From the IMG/VR virus record IMGVR_UViG_2706795976_000001, positions 34,137-98,136 of that record: a DNA stretch of 64,000 nt; one strand, 5' to 3'. Under the pieces are notes generated by a model. It saw nothing but the letters and a program-made list of their open reading frames with translations. It did not search any database and was not told where the DNA came from. The translations under genes and the position numbers were made by a program. Each line of letters begins with the position of its first letter. Within the stretch, counting starts at the first letter, position 1. This stretch comes from a virus (lineage: Duplodnaviria; Caudoviricetes). Of the stretch, positions 10,051 to 20,751 are shown piece by piece.

Positions 10051-10247
10051 TGACACAGCCCATTCCGGAATCCTACGAGGCCGCATACAAAGAGCTCGAG
10101 GAGATCACGAAGAAGCAGCAGGTCGGGGGGGTTGCACTCGACGAGTTGGCCGCGTATGTTGAACGAGGAAGGGAGCTCAGAGAGTATTGCCTGTCGCAAC
10201 TCCGAGCCACCCGTGAGCAGATCGAAACCAAGGAGGACACCGAATGA
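10050..10247 (+). CDS. xseB: Exodeoxyribonuclease VII small subunit
   Basis: SYEAAYKELEEI...LDEL...ERG.EL...C...L; follows xseA. Confidence 0.88.
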   Translation: MTQPIPESYEAAYKELEEITKKQQVGGVALDELAAYVERGRELREYCLSQLRATREQIETKEDTE

Positions 10248-10329
10248 CCGTGGACATCATCGGAATCACCCCGGAAGAGCTCGTAAGCAAGACTGTCGAG
10301 ATCATCGAGCGTGATCCGGCGGTACACCA

Positions 10330-10644
10330 GTGAGTGACCAGTGGGTCGTCGTCGACCGAAACCACAAGGTGTGGTTTCCATATATCTACACGCCCCGAGA
10401 CGAAAACCTCGCGCCGGAGCTGCTTCTCCACCACGAAGAGGCCGATACCGACATGGGCGACCTGGCTATGCCGGAGCTTGTCGAGGTGCTGAGCCCGGTT
10501 CGGGTGGTTCTCTACGACGACGTCAAGAGGGTTCGAGCAGAAGCCGAACTCAAGCGGGCCCAGGCTGAGTACGACGAGGCTGTCGCACGATCGCCCGAAC
10601 GGATCAAGAAGTTGAGGGAGGAACTCAATGCAGAAGGACGCTAG
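10330..10644 (+). CDS. Hypothetical protein
   Basis: Coupled ORF in the operon. Confidence 0.55.
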   Translation: MSDQWVVVDRNHKVWFPYIYTPRDENLAPELLLHHEEADTDMGDLAMPELVEVLSPVRVVLYDDVKRVRAEAELKRAQAEYDEAVARSPERIKKLREELNAEGR

Positions 10645-10951
10645 GTACTACGCCGCGCTGGCATTGGCGGGATGGGCTTCGTCGCTTGCTCAGTCCAAGT
10701 CGTTGAGGGATTTGGACAAGGAGCCCTGGAAGTGGGATGAGATCGTCGAGTTCGCCGAGGAGCAGGTCGATAACCTGATTGAGGAAGTTGGGCAGTTCCG
10801 CAGTGACATTGCCTGACTCCAAGTTCATGGTCATCCAGAAGCCGAACTCACCGTACAAGTACTTCGGTCCGTTCGACACCCATGACGAAGCCGAGAAGTA
10901 CATCGAGACAAAGGAGCTCAAGATGTCGTATGTCGCAGAGCTGAGGAAGCC

Positions 10952-11203
10952 ATGATAGAACCCGTGAGCCCCGTCAAGGTCGACCCGGGTGGCATCGGGG
11001 GTGTTTGGCCGATCGTGGAAGCCTATGTGCTACAGGATGACTCCCGGGCTGACGGCGGTGGGTACGGAGTCCTCCTGTATAACATCAGGGACCAGTTCTA
11101 CATCACCTCCCTGGTTGGCGGGACGGCGAAGGTGTTCCTGCGTGGGGAGATCGAGATCATGCGCAATGTGTGGTCTCCCGATCGACAGCAGATGCCGTTT
11201 TGA
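10952..11203 (+). CDS. Hypothetical protein
   Basis: GAGGA RBS, coupled ORF. Confidence 0.5.
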   Translation: MIEPVSPVKVDPGGIGGVWPIVEAYVLQDDSRADGGGYGVLLYNIRDQFYITSLVGGTAKVFLRGEIEIMRNVWSPDRQQMPF

Positions 11204-11341
11204 TCAACTACGTACTCGTCGACCACGAGAATTCCAAGGCGGTGGCGTTGTTCATCTCTGAGGAGCGCGCAATGGAGTACTACTACGTGCATGGTGGGCT
11301 GAACAAACCGTGGGCCGTGTACCAGATGGAAGGAGTGGGCG

Positions 11342-12025
11342 GTGAAGCTGAGGATTCACAAGGAAATTAACTTCGGCATAGAGCCGATGGATGATGGTGC
11401 ATCTTCAACCTACATGGGCATCAAGGGTACTCGGATCACTTTAGGAAAGTATGCCTTGGAGATCCGCCGGAAGCTCGACCACGAAAAGTCTTGGGGTGTA
11501 CAGCCAGCCACCCCAACCCACTGGTGGAGACCGGGATGGGGTGGCGAACGTGGCAAGCTCTACGACGAAGCGTTTCTATCCCTGCGGAATTGGTGTGTCG
11601 AAGTGGTCCGCCACAACATCTCATTCGCTGAGTACTGTGGCGTAGATGATCTGCATCTGGACTGGATCCTGGATGAGTTCGACAGCTCATTCAATGAGCT
11701 CGCCGCCGCCAGCCTGAAGTTCCATCTCGAGCTCTCGATCTGCGACAACGAACCTCGCCGGGAGTTGTATGAGGACCTCATCGCCCGGCTGACCGAAGAG
11801 CCACCGGATTTCACCGACGAGGAGATGGCAATCCTCGAGCCCGAAGGCTGGAAGTGGTCGGATGACTTTGAGGACCTTCCGGAAGGCGGGGCCCGTCTGC
11901 GTAAGTCCCCGCCGGAGAAGAAGGCTGTGTACGAAGCCCACTGGAAGCGGAAGGCCGAGTACGACGCCCGCGTCAAGCAAGCCCGACACGACTTTGTGGA
12001 CATCATGCCACACCTCTGGAGCTGA
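11342..12025 (+). CDS. Hypothetical protein
   Basis: 227-aa ORF with RBS. Confidence 0.6.
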   Translation: MKLRIHKEINFGIEPMDDGASSTYMGIKGTRITLGKYALEIRRKLDHEKSWGVQPATPTHWWRPGWGGERGKLYDEAFLSLRNWCVEVVRHNISFAEYCGVDDLHLDWILDEFDSSFNELAAASLKFHLELSICDNEPRRELYEDLIARLTEEPPDFTDEEMAILEPEGWKWSDDFEDLPEGGARLRKSPPEKKAVYEAHWKRKAEYDARVKQARHDFVDIMPHLWS

Positions 12026-12082
12026 CATGAAACCCATTGACTGGTACCTGATGAGACGCTACACCTAGAAGAAGGAGAACAC

Positions 12083-13306
12083 ATGCCCGAGATGATTGCC
12101 CCCGGAGTACTGAACTATGCATCAGTTCTCGACGAGACCACGCGCAAGCAGGCCGAGGAGATCGCCAGTCTGCCATTCATCTACCCCCACGTTGCGCTGA
12201 TGCCAGATGCTCACGCAGGCAAGGGGTCTGCCGTGGGCACGGTGATCCCCACCAAGGACGCCGTCATCCCAGCGGCCGTGGGTGTCGACATCGGTTGCGG
12301 GATGATCGGCGTGGAGACCTGGGTCCAGAAGTCCGACATCGCCGGGATGGACCTAGCCCTCCTCCGTGAGTGCATCGAGAAGGAGATTCCACTCTCCCCC
12401 GGAAACTACAACAAGAACCCACGTTGGGCACCGCATACCACGGAACGTATCGAGTTGCTCGAGAGGCTCGCCGAGGACACAGGTGTGGACCTCTCACATT
12501 CGCCGAAGTGGCGGGAACAGCTCGGGTCGCTCGGCGGCGGCAACCACTTCATCGAGCTGTGCCAGTCGGTGATTGCGGAATACGACGACGGTGAGCTGTG
12601 GCTGTTCCTCCATTCGGGTTCGCGTGGTGTCGGCAACAAGATCGCCCAGAAGCACATCAAGATCGCCCAGAAGCTGTGCAAGCGATGGCATGTCCCGCTG
12701 GCGAATCCTGACCTGGCCTACCTACCCTCCGGCACGCAGGAATTCACCACCTACCTACGAGAGCTGCGGTGGGCCCAGCGATTCGCACTCGAGAACCGCG
12801 CCGAGATGATGGATCGGTTCGTCGCGGTTTTCCAGTGGTGGCTCGAGGATCAGGGGTACGACTTCCATAACGACGAGATGCCTGATGAGGTCGAGGTCCG
12901 GCGCATCAACTGCCACCACAACTACACCGAGAACGTCACGATCAACGGCGAGAGGGTGTGGCTGACGCGCAAGGGTGCGATCGACGCCAGCGAGGGCAAG
13001 TACGGACTCATCCCCGGCTCCATGGGCACCAAGTCGTACGTCGTTGTGGGGCAGGGGAATTCGTCTGGCCTATACTCGGCACCACATGGGGCTGGCCGGA
13101 ACTTCTCTCGCACCGAGGCTCGCAAGCGGTTCACTGCGGACGACCTCGCGAAGGCCATGGAGGGCATCGAGTACCGCCACGGTGAGGAGTGGATCGACGA
13201 GATCCCCGCAGCGTACAAGGACATCGACCAGGTCATCGAGGACGCGAAAGACCTTGTGACAGTGGAGACCACGCTCAAGCAGCTGGTAAACATCAAAGGG
13301 GTGTAG
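12083..13306 (+). CDS. rtcB: RtcB-family RNA ligase
   Basis: MPDAHAGKG, AVGVDIGCGM, QLGSLGGGNHFIE, LHSGSRG, CHHNY, RKGA, IPGSMG, HGAGR, DEIPAAYKDI. Confidence 0.96.
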   Translation: MPEMIAPGVLNYASVLDETTRKQAEEIASLPFIYPHVALMPDAHAGKGSAVGTVIPTKDAVIPAAVGVDIGCGMIGVETWVQKSDIAGMDLALLRECIEKEIPLSPGNYNKNPRWAPHTTERIELLERLAEDTGVDLSHSPKWREQLGSLGGGNHFIELCQSVIAEYDDGELWLFLHSGSRGVGNKIAQKHIKIAQKLCKRWHVPLANPDLAYLPSGTQEFTTYLRELRWAQRFALENRAEMMDRFVAVFQWWLEDQGYDFHNDEMPDEVEVRRINCHHNYTENVTINGERVWLTRKGAIDASEGKYGLIPGSMGTKSYVVVGQGNSSGLYSAPHGAGRNFSRTEARKRFTADDLAKAMEGIEYRHGEEWIDEIPAAYKDIDQVIEDAKDLVTVETTLKQLVNIKGV

Positions 13307-13309
13307 CAG

Positions 13310-13810
13310 TTGCTGGAGGGTAGATCACGCACGCTGGAATCCCGCTACTGGAGCCGTGTTGAGGTAAAGGGTCGAGATGAGTGCTGGCCATGGACTGGAG
13401 GAGTGGAGCCTTTCGGCCATGGGGTGATCTACCTCGGAAGATTTTCGGGCACGCCCCGGAATGAGAAAGCCCACCGTTTGGCCTACGAATTCCATCACGG
13501 TAAACCGCCGGGGGACTTGGTCGTACGGCACACCTGTGACAATCCCCCTTGTCAGAATCCGAGGCATCTAATATTGGGCACCCAGGCGGACAACATCCGA
13601 GATATGTACTCCCGATCCCGGAACGTCAATGACGGCAGGCCTGGAACATCTCACCCCATGCACAAGATATCGGATGCGGACGTTAGGGACATGAGGGATA
13701 GGTACTCGTCGGGTGGAGTAAGATACAAGGATCTGGCCCTGGAGTATGACCTAAGCGAAGCTCAGGTGGGCCGCATTATCAAAAGAGAAAGATGGAAGCA
13801 TCTCCCATGA
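13310..13810 (+). CDS. HNH homing endonuclease with C-terminal HTH
   Basis: CWPWTG...AHRLAY...VRHTCDNPPCQNPRHL...N. Confidence 0.88.
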   Translation: MLEGRSRTLESRYWSRVEVKGRDECWPWTGGVEPFGHGVIYLGRFSGTPRNEKAHRLAYEFHHGKPPGDLVVRHTCDNPPCQNPRHLILGTQADNIRDMYSRSRNVNDGRPGTSHPMHKISDADVRDMRDRYSSGGVRYKDLALEYDLSEAQVGRIIKRERWKHLP

Positions 13811-14265
13811 CCACCGACGAACAAGTCACCCCGGGATATGAAGTTCCGAGCAAACTCACCGAGACCGCCATCCACGGTCGATGTCAGCACCGCATCAAAG
13901 ACGAGCGCGGTCTCATGTCCCAGTGTGACCTGATCCACAAGCACAAGGGTCGACATGCTGACGTCCTGCCCTCGGGTATGCCCCGGATCGTATGGGAAGA
14001 CCATGAGTCGTTCTCCGTGGATGACCTGGAGCGCAAGGCTTTTGAGAAGCTCAAGAGGGCTCGCGATGATGTCTACAACTCCTTCGACGATGCCGAGTGG
14101 GCGGTCAGTGAACTCCGCAAAGCCGCTGCGGAGTGTGGCAACGAGCGCCTCGTCAGGCTCCTAGACGAATGCAAAGTGAAGGACTACTATGTCGAAGACG
14201 GGATCGAATTCCCCTTCGATGACACCATCGAGGACTTCATGAACAGCCTAGGAGGAACCAGGTGA
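13807..14265 (+). CDS. Hypothetical protein
   Basis: ATGA-coupled ORF. Confidence 0.55.
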   Translation: MTTDEQVTPGYEVPSKLTETAIHGRCQHRIKDERGLMSQCDLIHKHKGRHADVLPSGMPRIVWEDHESFSVDDLERKAFEKLKRARDDVYNSFDDAEWAVSELRKAAAECGNERLVRLLDECKVKDYYVEDGIEFPFDDTIEDFMNSLGGTR

Positions 14266-14942
14266 CAGCATACACGTTCAATTCGGCAGGCCTGAAACAT
14301 CAAGAGCCGGTTGACATCCACATCCCGAACACGTGGATCGAGGGTAGCCCTAACCTTCGACGCGCATCCCTCAAGGACGCCGTGTTGTTCGGCGGTCCGG
14401 CGATCCAGCAGCTGCTCACCTACGCACCCATTGTCGGCGACCGCAAGCACATCTTCGTGGACACCAAGGTGTCGATGCTGATGCCCGGCTGGATGCCCGC
14501 AATCCCCGGGTGGCACACAGACGGGGTGCCGCGCGGAGACGAGAATGACCCGGCAGGAACCGGTGACCCTAACCTAGCTCGGCAACTCGAGGAGCGCTCC
14601 CCTCAGTTCCACACCATCATCGCCGGAATTCCCTGTCTCACAGAGTTTCTCGGCGGAATGCACATCCTGGACCTCAAGCACGACCGATCCTCGAAGCTCT
14701 ACACGGAGATGAACAACCTCGTAGAGAAGTTCCTGAGCGAAGGGGTTTGGGAGACAGTCAAGCCCCACCCTCTCGTTTGGTCCTCCTGGGACTGGTGGCA
14801 GATCCATCGAGCCACTCCATCCACAGTTCGTGGCTGGCGGCTCTTGATTCGCATCACCGAGTCCGATACGGTACCACCAGCGGACACGAACTTCATCCGG
14901 ACACAGAATCAGGTGTACGTACCAGCGGATACAGGATGGTGA
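14262..14942 (+). CDS. Putative 2OG-Fe(II) oxygenase-like protein
   Basis: PGWHTDG (HxD) ... IHRA ... WRLLIR: facial triad plus Arg pattern. Confidence 0.6.
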   Translation: MTAYTFNSAGLKHQEPVDIHIPNTWIEGSPNLRRASLKDAVLFGGPAIQQLLTYAPIVGDRKHIFVDTKVSMLMPGWMPAIPGWHTDGVPRGDENDPAGTGDPNLARQLEERSPQFHTIIAGIPCLTEFLGGMHILDLKHDRSSKLYTEMNNLVEKFLSEGVWETVKPHPLVWSSWDWWQIHRATPSTVRGWRLLIRITESDTVPPADTNFIRTQNQVYVPADTGW

Positions 14943-14946
14943 TTCC

Positions 14947-15489
14947 TTGCCTAGGCCCAGGAAGACTCGTCTGACCTGCCCGGTCTGCAGTGAAGACTTC
15001 CTAGGCCTGTCGGACCAGATCTTCTGCGGCAATAGGTGCCGTAACAAGAGGACTGGTCGGTCTCTGAAGACCGAACTTAGTCGGCTAGTGGACACAGGAC
15101 AGTACAGCACCGCCCTGGAGAAGCTCAGGGATATGTGTGAAGTCACCAGCGATGGGTGCTGGCTGTTTCCTACTACCAACAAATATGGCTATGGTCAAAT
15201 GATGGTCGCCAGGTCTCGCACGACCGTTCACAGGCACTCCTACGAATGGTCTACCGGAGTGCAGCTGGACCCCTCCATGCCGGTTCACCACTCGTGCTCA
15301 CAGAAGGCTTGTTGCAATCCAGAGCACTTGCAGTGCGTCACTCCTCAAGAGAATCTGGCAGAGATGCTCGAAAGACGATACTATCTATCGAAGATATCCA
15401 AGCTGGAGTCCAGGATCAAAGAATTGGAGGCTGAGAATGAACGTCTACTTCACCTCGGACACCCACCACGGTCACCAGATGGTGGCTGA
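14947..15489 (+). CDS. HNH endonuclease
   Basis: N-terminal CxxC..FC..RC; GCW...GYG...HRHSY...HHSC...CCNPEHL. Confidence 0.85.
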   Translation: MPRPRKTRLTCPVCSEDFLGLSDQIFCGNRCRNKRTGRSLKTELSRLVDTGQYSTALEKLRDMCEVTSDGCWLFPTTNKYGYGQMMVARSRTTVHRHSYEWSTGVQLDPSMPVHHSCSQKACCNPEHLQCVTPQENLAEMLERRYYLSKISKLESRIKELEAENERLLHLGHPPRSPDGG

Positions 15490-16084
15490 GACCAGGTTCC
15501 CTGAGTTGGATCCATCAACGGTGGTTGAGGTGCATGACGAAGTCATCACCAACAACCTTCTCAAGTTGCTAACCAAGCGTGATGTTCTGTGGCATCTGGG
15601 GGACATCTCGGCGGGTGGGTCGGCAGCCCAGCGAGCAGCCCTGGCGACCTGGGATAGGATCGCGTCGGAAACCGGGTGCAAAATTCACCTAGTCGTTGGA
15701 AACCATGATGGTCCGTTTCCCGGGAACCACGATGCCCACAAGTGGTTTCCGGAGTATGCCGCAGTCTTCGATTCGGTTTCCTCGTCGGCGTCCCGCAAGA
15801 TTGCCGGTCACCGGGTGTGCTTAAATCACATGCCATACGAGGGTGACCATACCGACGAGGACAGACATGTTCAGTGGCGACTACGAGACACTGGTCGCTG
15901 GGCACTTTCGGGACACACCCATCAGTCACACCCCCTGTCCCTCCATGCTCGCCAGATCAACGTGGGGGTAGACGCCTGGGGTCTCTGGCCTGTATCGTTG
16001 GACGTCATCGCCCGGATCATCCAAGGTGCCGAAGATGGCACCCTGGCTCCCGAGGACTTCACATGGATCGGAGGTAGAGGATGA
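15437..16084 (+). CDS. Calcineurin-like metallophosphoesterase
   Basis: TSDTHHGH, HLGD, GNHD, GHTH, INVGVDAW. Confidence 0.92.
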   Translation: MNVYFTSDTHHGHQMVAETRFPELDPSTVVEVHDEVITNNLLKLLTKRDVLWHLGDISAGGSAAQRAALATWDRIASETGCKIHLVVGNHDGPFPGNHDAHKWFPEYAAVFDSVSSSASRKIAGHRVCLNHMPYEGDHTDEDRHVQWRLRDTGRWALSGHTHQSHPLSLHARQINVGVDAWGLWPVSLDVIARIIQGAEDGTLAPEDFTWIGGRG

Positions 16085-18440
16085 GTGTCGTGGCGGCAGC
16101 CGCATGGGGTGGCCTCCGGATTATTCACCACAAGCATCTGATATACGGGGACATCTGGCAGATAGAGGTCAAGGACTCCTACTCCTCAGACGGCTGGTCT
16201 CATGTCCGAGTGTTCCATGACTGGAGTGTGGTCCGGGACTGGTGGCACAACAACAACGGCCGAGACCTCGGGGTGAAGCCAAAGGTGAGCGAATGAGCGG
16301 CAACTACGGTGACTGGAACCACGACATCAAGATGGTCATCAGCGACAGGTGGAACTGTTCCTGTGGCAAGTGGAGCATCCCGTGGAGCACCAAGGGTGTG
16401 ACCGAGGCGTTCTCCCGGCACCTCCTCAAGAAGATGCGTGAGCAGAACATCATGGCCATGCATCGGGGGACAGCCGACGAGGCACCAATCCGGCTGGTGG
16501 CTTCAGATCCCGCCGATCACCTCGTCACAGGATTCATCATCCAGATGTGGAAAGACGACGAGTGGAAGTTCGTTGAAGGTGCCTACGACTGGGAGCAGGC
16601 CCGGGAGAAATGGGCCAGCTGGGGCGGTCAGCCCCTCCGCGACAAGCCTCCCTATCCACCCACCACCCGGAGAGAGAAGTGAAAAGCGCCGAGCGGTCTG
16701 TCAACGAGGCCCTCGTCGGCATCCGGAGCCACCACACGCACATCATTTGTCAGCTGTGCACCGGACCATACTGGTCTGCTCCGGTTGGTGATCGGACGAG
16801 GCTGATCGATGAGCTCACCGAGCACCTGTGCACGGTACATGGAGACGAGTTCGAGGAGGAGTCCTGATGGCCGTACGAGAGAAGAAGACCATCACCCACA
16901 TCTGTGACAGGTGCGGTGCTGAAGTGGTCGCCCTCTGGCAGCCGGGCGATTGGCGCAGGATCCATCTGCTTGAGGGTCGCGCGGACATCGGCAAGAAGGA
17001 CATCTGCAAGGAGTGCGGTGACAGCCTCGATCAGTGGTTCTACCAACTATGAGCAACGCCTACGTTTGGATCGTCTACCAGCGAGCGTGGTGCGACGACG
17101 ACGACTGCATGGCTGGCGGTGCCGGTGACTGGACCACTGCGGTGTTCTCCACCGAGCAGACGGCCAAGCAATTCGTCGAGCAGCGTAACTCTGAGAGCAT
17201 CTTCACCCCATACCACATGCGCCGCGAGACGGTTCGAACATCACTAAAGGACGCTAGGGGGTTGTACTGATGAGCAAGATCGACCGCGATGAGCTGGAGG
17301 AGAGGATCGATCGTGCCATCCGGGCCCTGTACTCTATTAGGTTGTCATATGATGTCGACACCCCTCCATATGACCGCATCAACGGAAAGATCGAGGGCCT
17401 GAAGGTCGCCCAAGACTATGTGAGAACGGAGCCCGAGTGTGAGTGAAGTGGACCACCTGCGCGAAGAGGTTGCCAAGCTCCGGCGACATGCAGACCGGCT
17501 TGCGTTGACCCTGGACCTGGTCTTGCACGACGCCCACCCCGTGTATGCAAACACGTCGGGTTGGCGCGGAGGAATCGGCGGGTCTGCCTTGACCCCCGGG
17601 TGCTCGATCATCGACCCACCCCCGGATTCGGATTGGACCCAGTACGACCTACCGTCCAAGCCGCTTCGTGAGTACCTGGCTGAGTATGGCGTCAGTGCCA
17701 AGGATTGGGCCAGAGGCAAGGCGATAATCAAGCACGAACTGGAGGGAGAGCTGAAATGAGTGAACTAGACGACGCCGAGGTGGACTACGGACTATCGCTG
17801 GCCATCCCCTACTTCGACCCCACGGACTGTTACCCCGAGTGGAGCACCGACACCCTGCGTGATGCATACCGCGCCGGTTGGGAAGACCGTGAGCTCGAGT
17901 ACGAACGATGCAGAGAGGAAGGGCGACGATGAGCCTAGCAAAGCGACAGTGGGATCACGACTTCTGGGTAGAGGACCGAGATGCCCGCGCCGGGGCATTC
18001 AACCCCTGCCCACTGTCTGATGGATTCACACTCTACGAGCACTGGAATGTCACAGAGCTCGGCCCGTTCCTGGTGCTGATCACCTCATCGCCGTACGACA
18101 TCGGCGCGCTCGAGGAGGGGGACTTCATCCTGAAGCGGCAGTACGCACCGGCCGGTGCACCCGAAGTGTACAACTGCGTCCGCCCGAGGACGCCATGACT
18201 GATCTACCCCCGAGTCTGGGCACCTCCTCCGACGACTACTGCTGCGTCTGCTGGGGATGTAAGTGGGAGGACCACGAGCACACCTGCAGCCTGACCAAGG
18301 AGCAGCGGTGGGCGAACGAGCAGTACTGGCAGGATTCCATCGAGGATCTCACGAACGGCACGGGAGAACCGTGTCTGACCTGCGGTTTAACCGGTGGGTG
18401 GCACACTGGAGAGTGCGCTGATCGCCGCGAAAATCTATAG
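16081..18440 (+). other. Run of about 11 small, translationally coupled hypothetical genes, several Cys-rich (e.g. 16293-16682, 17439-17759, 18195-18440)
   Basis: Overlapping stop/start codons; no recognisable function. Confidence 0.55.
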
Positions 18441-18606
18441 TAGGGAAACGGTAGGCAGTCGTCGACCGAAAACCTCCGACCAGCGTGCTATGGTGTCACT
18501 TATGAGATTACCCCAGTCTCATAAGTAACCCACCTGACTACCACTTTCAGACTATCGATGCAGGTAAAACCTGTACACATTTACACACGGGTGTTTTTGG
18601 TACCAC

Positions 18607-18636
18607 TTGATACTTGTTGGTAGTAGGTGATACTGT
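18607..18636 (+). promoter_or_regulatory. Putative SigA-type promoter
   Basis: TTGATA-18 bp-TACTGT upstream of an AAGGAGGAG RBS and ATG 18667. Confidence 0.45.
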
Positions 18637-18666
18637 AGGCAGGCAGGAACAACAGAAGGAGGAGTC

Positions 18667-19047
18667 ATGACACCGAAGCCACCGTTGCTCACTGAGGTCG
18701 TCACAACCATCGTCGTCAAGCAGCGCCCAGGCGTCCCTGGGCAGGCGCAGCCACGCATCACCTCGACCCGCCTGGAGGCCACGTGGGAAGTGGATCCGGC
18801 GGCGAGATGGATCGAGCCGGTGCAATCCCTTTCCGAGGACGGGTTGGAGTTCGATGTGGATTCAATCATGGCGACCTACCTCGACGGTGAACCGGACTAC
18901 GTGGAACTCAGCGGGCGACGCGCTGGGGACGACTGGAGGCGCGGGTCATGGTACGGCCCCCGCTCCGACTGGAAGGGCTGCCCACCCAAGGTGCTCGTCC
19001 TGCTCGGGATGTTCCGGACAGACGGCTGGCGGGAGGCGATCAAGTGA
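18667..19047 (+). CDS. Hypothetical protein
   Basis: Strong RBS. Confidence 0.6.
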   Translation: MTPKPPLLTEVVTTIVVKQRPGVPGQAQPRITSTRLEATWEVDPAARWIEPVQSLSEDGLEFDVDSIMATYLDGEPDYVELSGRRAGDDWRRGSWYGPRSDWKGCPPKVLVLLGMFRTDGWREAIK

Positions 19048-19346
19048 ACGGACTCGAGTTCATCGCCACGATCACCGGCCTCTGCTTGGCGGCGATCACG
19101 ATCCAGGCCGGTCTCTACTACCACCACGTCCGCAAGGAGAACGCCGCTCAGCGCGAATCGCTTGGTAAGTGTGATCACGCCCTGACATCCAAATGGGAAG
19201 ATGTCGGCAGGGTCAACTACTACAAATCCACCAGCCCGAGCCCGCTCGAGATCCCCTACAAGACCACAAGGAAGCAGCGGCGCGAGTGCGGTCAGTGTGG
19301 ACTGGTTGAATACCATGAAGCTGTGGAGTCGGAGGCGAGGTCATGA
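19044..19346 (+). CDS. Hypothetical membrane-anchored protein
   Basis: N-terminal TM, C-terminal CxxC. Confidence 0.5.
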   Translation: MNGLEFIATITGLCLAAITIQAGLYYHHVRKENAAQRESLGKCDHALTSKWEDVGRVNYYKSTSPSPLEIPYKTTRKQRRECGQCGLVEYHEAVESEARS

Positions 19347-19678
19347 GCGCCGACAATTGGACCACGTGCGAGAACTGCTTCGAGGAAGCAGAGCAGGCGC
19401 ACCAACGATTTCTCCAGAACGAAGACAAACGACTCCGGGAGTTGTACGGGAAGGTCGCCCCGGAGGAGTACCTCCGTGCAGTAGCCGACTCCAAGCAAAC
19501 CGAGCTCGAGTCTCAAGCTGTAGTAGCCGACGCGGCGGTGGACAATACCTTCCGCGAGGACTATGAGTTCTACGGGGCGAGCGAGGGGTACGTCCACATC
19601 TCCTACTGCGGCCGGTGCACCGTGTGTGGATACGGTCTGGAGTTCAACGACACCCGGGATCTGGAGAAGCCGAAGTGA
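19343..19678 (+). CDS. Hypothetical zinc-ribbon protein
   Basis: MSADNWTTCENC ... CTVCG. Confidence 0.6.
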   Translation: MSADNWTTCENCFEEAEQAHQRFLQNEDKRLRELYGKVAPEEYLRAVADSKQTELESQAVVADAAVDNTFREDYEFYGASEGYVHISYCGRCTVCGYGLEFNDTRDLEKPK

Positions 19679-20031
19679 GCAACGAGCACGAGGCAGCGGA
19701 CGCGATCGACGAGTTGGTCGAGCAGGCCCTCGAGAAGAGGTCCGAGAGCCGCGAAGCGGTTACTGCGTCCAGCTCCTACATGGAGGAGGTTGGTCAGACC
19801 GTCAACCCAGAATTCTCCCAGGTCTACGACGCCCTCGAGAAGAGGTCCGAGCGGCGCGAAGCGCTCAAGGACCGTCCCGACATCCGCGAACTCGAGAAGT
19901 GGGTCCAGAACCTCGAGGGCACAGCGTTCATCCTGCAGCACCTCGGAGCCGACAAGTCCACTCGCAAGGGTGTGCAAAAACAGATCAAGAAACTCAACAA
20001 GAGGATCAACGAACTCCGGTTCGATTTCTGA
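19675..20031 (+). CDS. Hypothetical coiled-coil protein
   Basis: Internal repeat ALEKRSE x2. Confidence 0.55.
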   Translation: MSNEHEAADAIDELVEQALEKRSESREAVTASSSYMEEVGQTVNPEFSQVYDALEKRSERREALKDRPDIRELEKWVQNLEGTAFILQHLGADKSTRKGVQKQIKKLNKRINELRFDF

Positions 20032-20041
20032 AGGAGGAGAC

Positions 20042-20383
20042 ATGGCACTGAATGTGGAGCTCGCGGAGAGGATCCTCGAGCAGGTAACCAAACACCCGGA
20101 ACACCACGACCAAGGCATCTGGGGGACTAAGGACGATTGCGGGACCAATCTCTGTATCGCCGGTTGGGCACTCGTACTGTCCGGCCAGGACGCCTGGGAT
20201 CCCGCAGGTATTACAGGAGCCCTCATCTTGAGGCCCAAGGGCGGAGGATCGGTGCGACAAACGGCCCAGGAGCTTCTAGGCCTCGGTTACTACGCTGCAA
20301 ACCGACTTTTCCTCGAGTCGACGGAGGTTGAGGCAGTGGACTACCTCGAGCGGCTGATCGACTACGAAAGGCGGAATTCATGA
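20042..20383 (+). CDS. Hypothetical protein, paralog 1 of 3
   Basis: LNVELAERILEQ...HPEHHDQ..WG...CGT..CIAGWA. Confidence 0.7.
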   Translation: MALNVELAERILEQVTKHPEHHDQGIWGTKDDCGTNLCIAGWALVLSGQDAWDPAGITGALILRPKGGGSVRQTAQELLGLGYYAANRLFLESTEVEAVDYLERLIDYERRNS

Positions 20384-20751
20384 AGCTCAACATCGAGCTC
20401 GCGGAGAGGATCCTCGAGCAGATCACCGAACACCCCGAGACACACGACCAGTCGCACTGGGGTGAGGTCAGGGAGTGTGGAACCGTGTGCTGCATCGCCG
20501 GGTGGGCGATCTTGCTCAGCGATGACCATAGGGTCAGGTTCAGCGAAGGTGGAGTCAGGTCGCCAGCACTGGAAATCCTGGTCGGGGAGAACTATTGGAC
20601 CGGTTACGACGACGACGTGTCTCGCCGTGCGGCGCATCTTCTCGGACTAGACAACTACTCGAGTCTCTTCTATGAAGGTGATGAGAACTATGCCCGAGAG
20701 AAACTCGCATGGCTGATCGAACGAGCCAAGAAGGACAAGGAGGAAGCATGA
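20380..20751 (+). CDS. Hypothetical protein, paralog 2 of 3
   Basis: Same N-terminal motif. Confidence 0.7.
   Translation: MKLNIELAERILEQITEHPETHDQSHWGEVRECGTVCCIAGWAILLSDDHRVRFSEGGVRSPALEILVGENYWTGYDDDVSRRAAHLLGLDNYSSLFYEGDENYAREKLAWLIERAKKDKEEA

Noticed and set aside
18514-18530. CTCATAA as a tRNA-Met anticodon-derived att core
   Set aside because: Only a 7-nt match, and it is part of an inverted repeat; not enough without a host search
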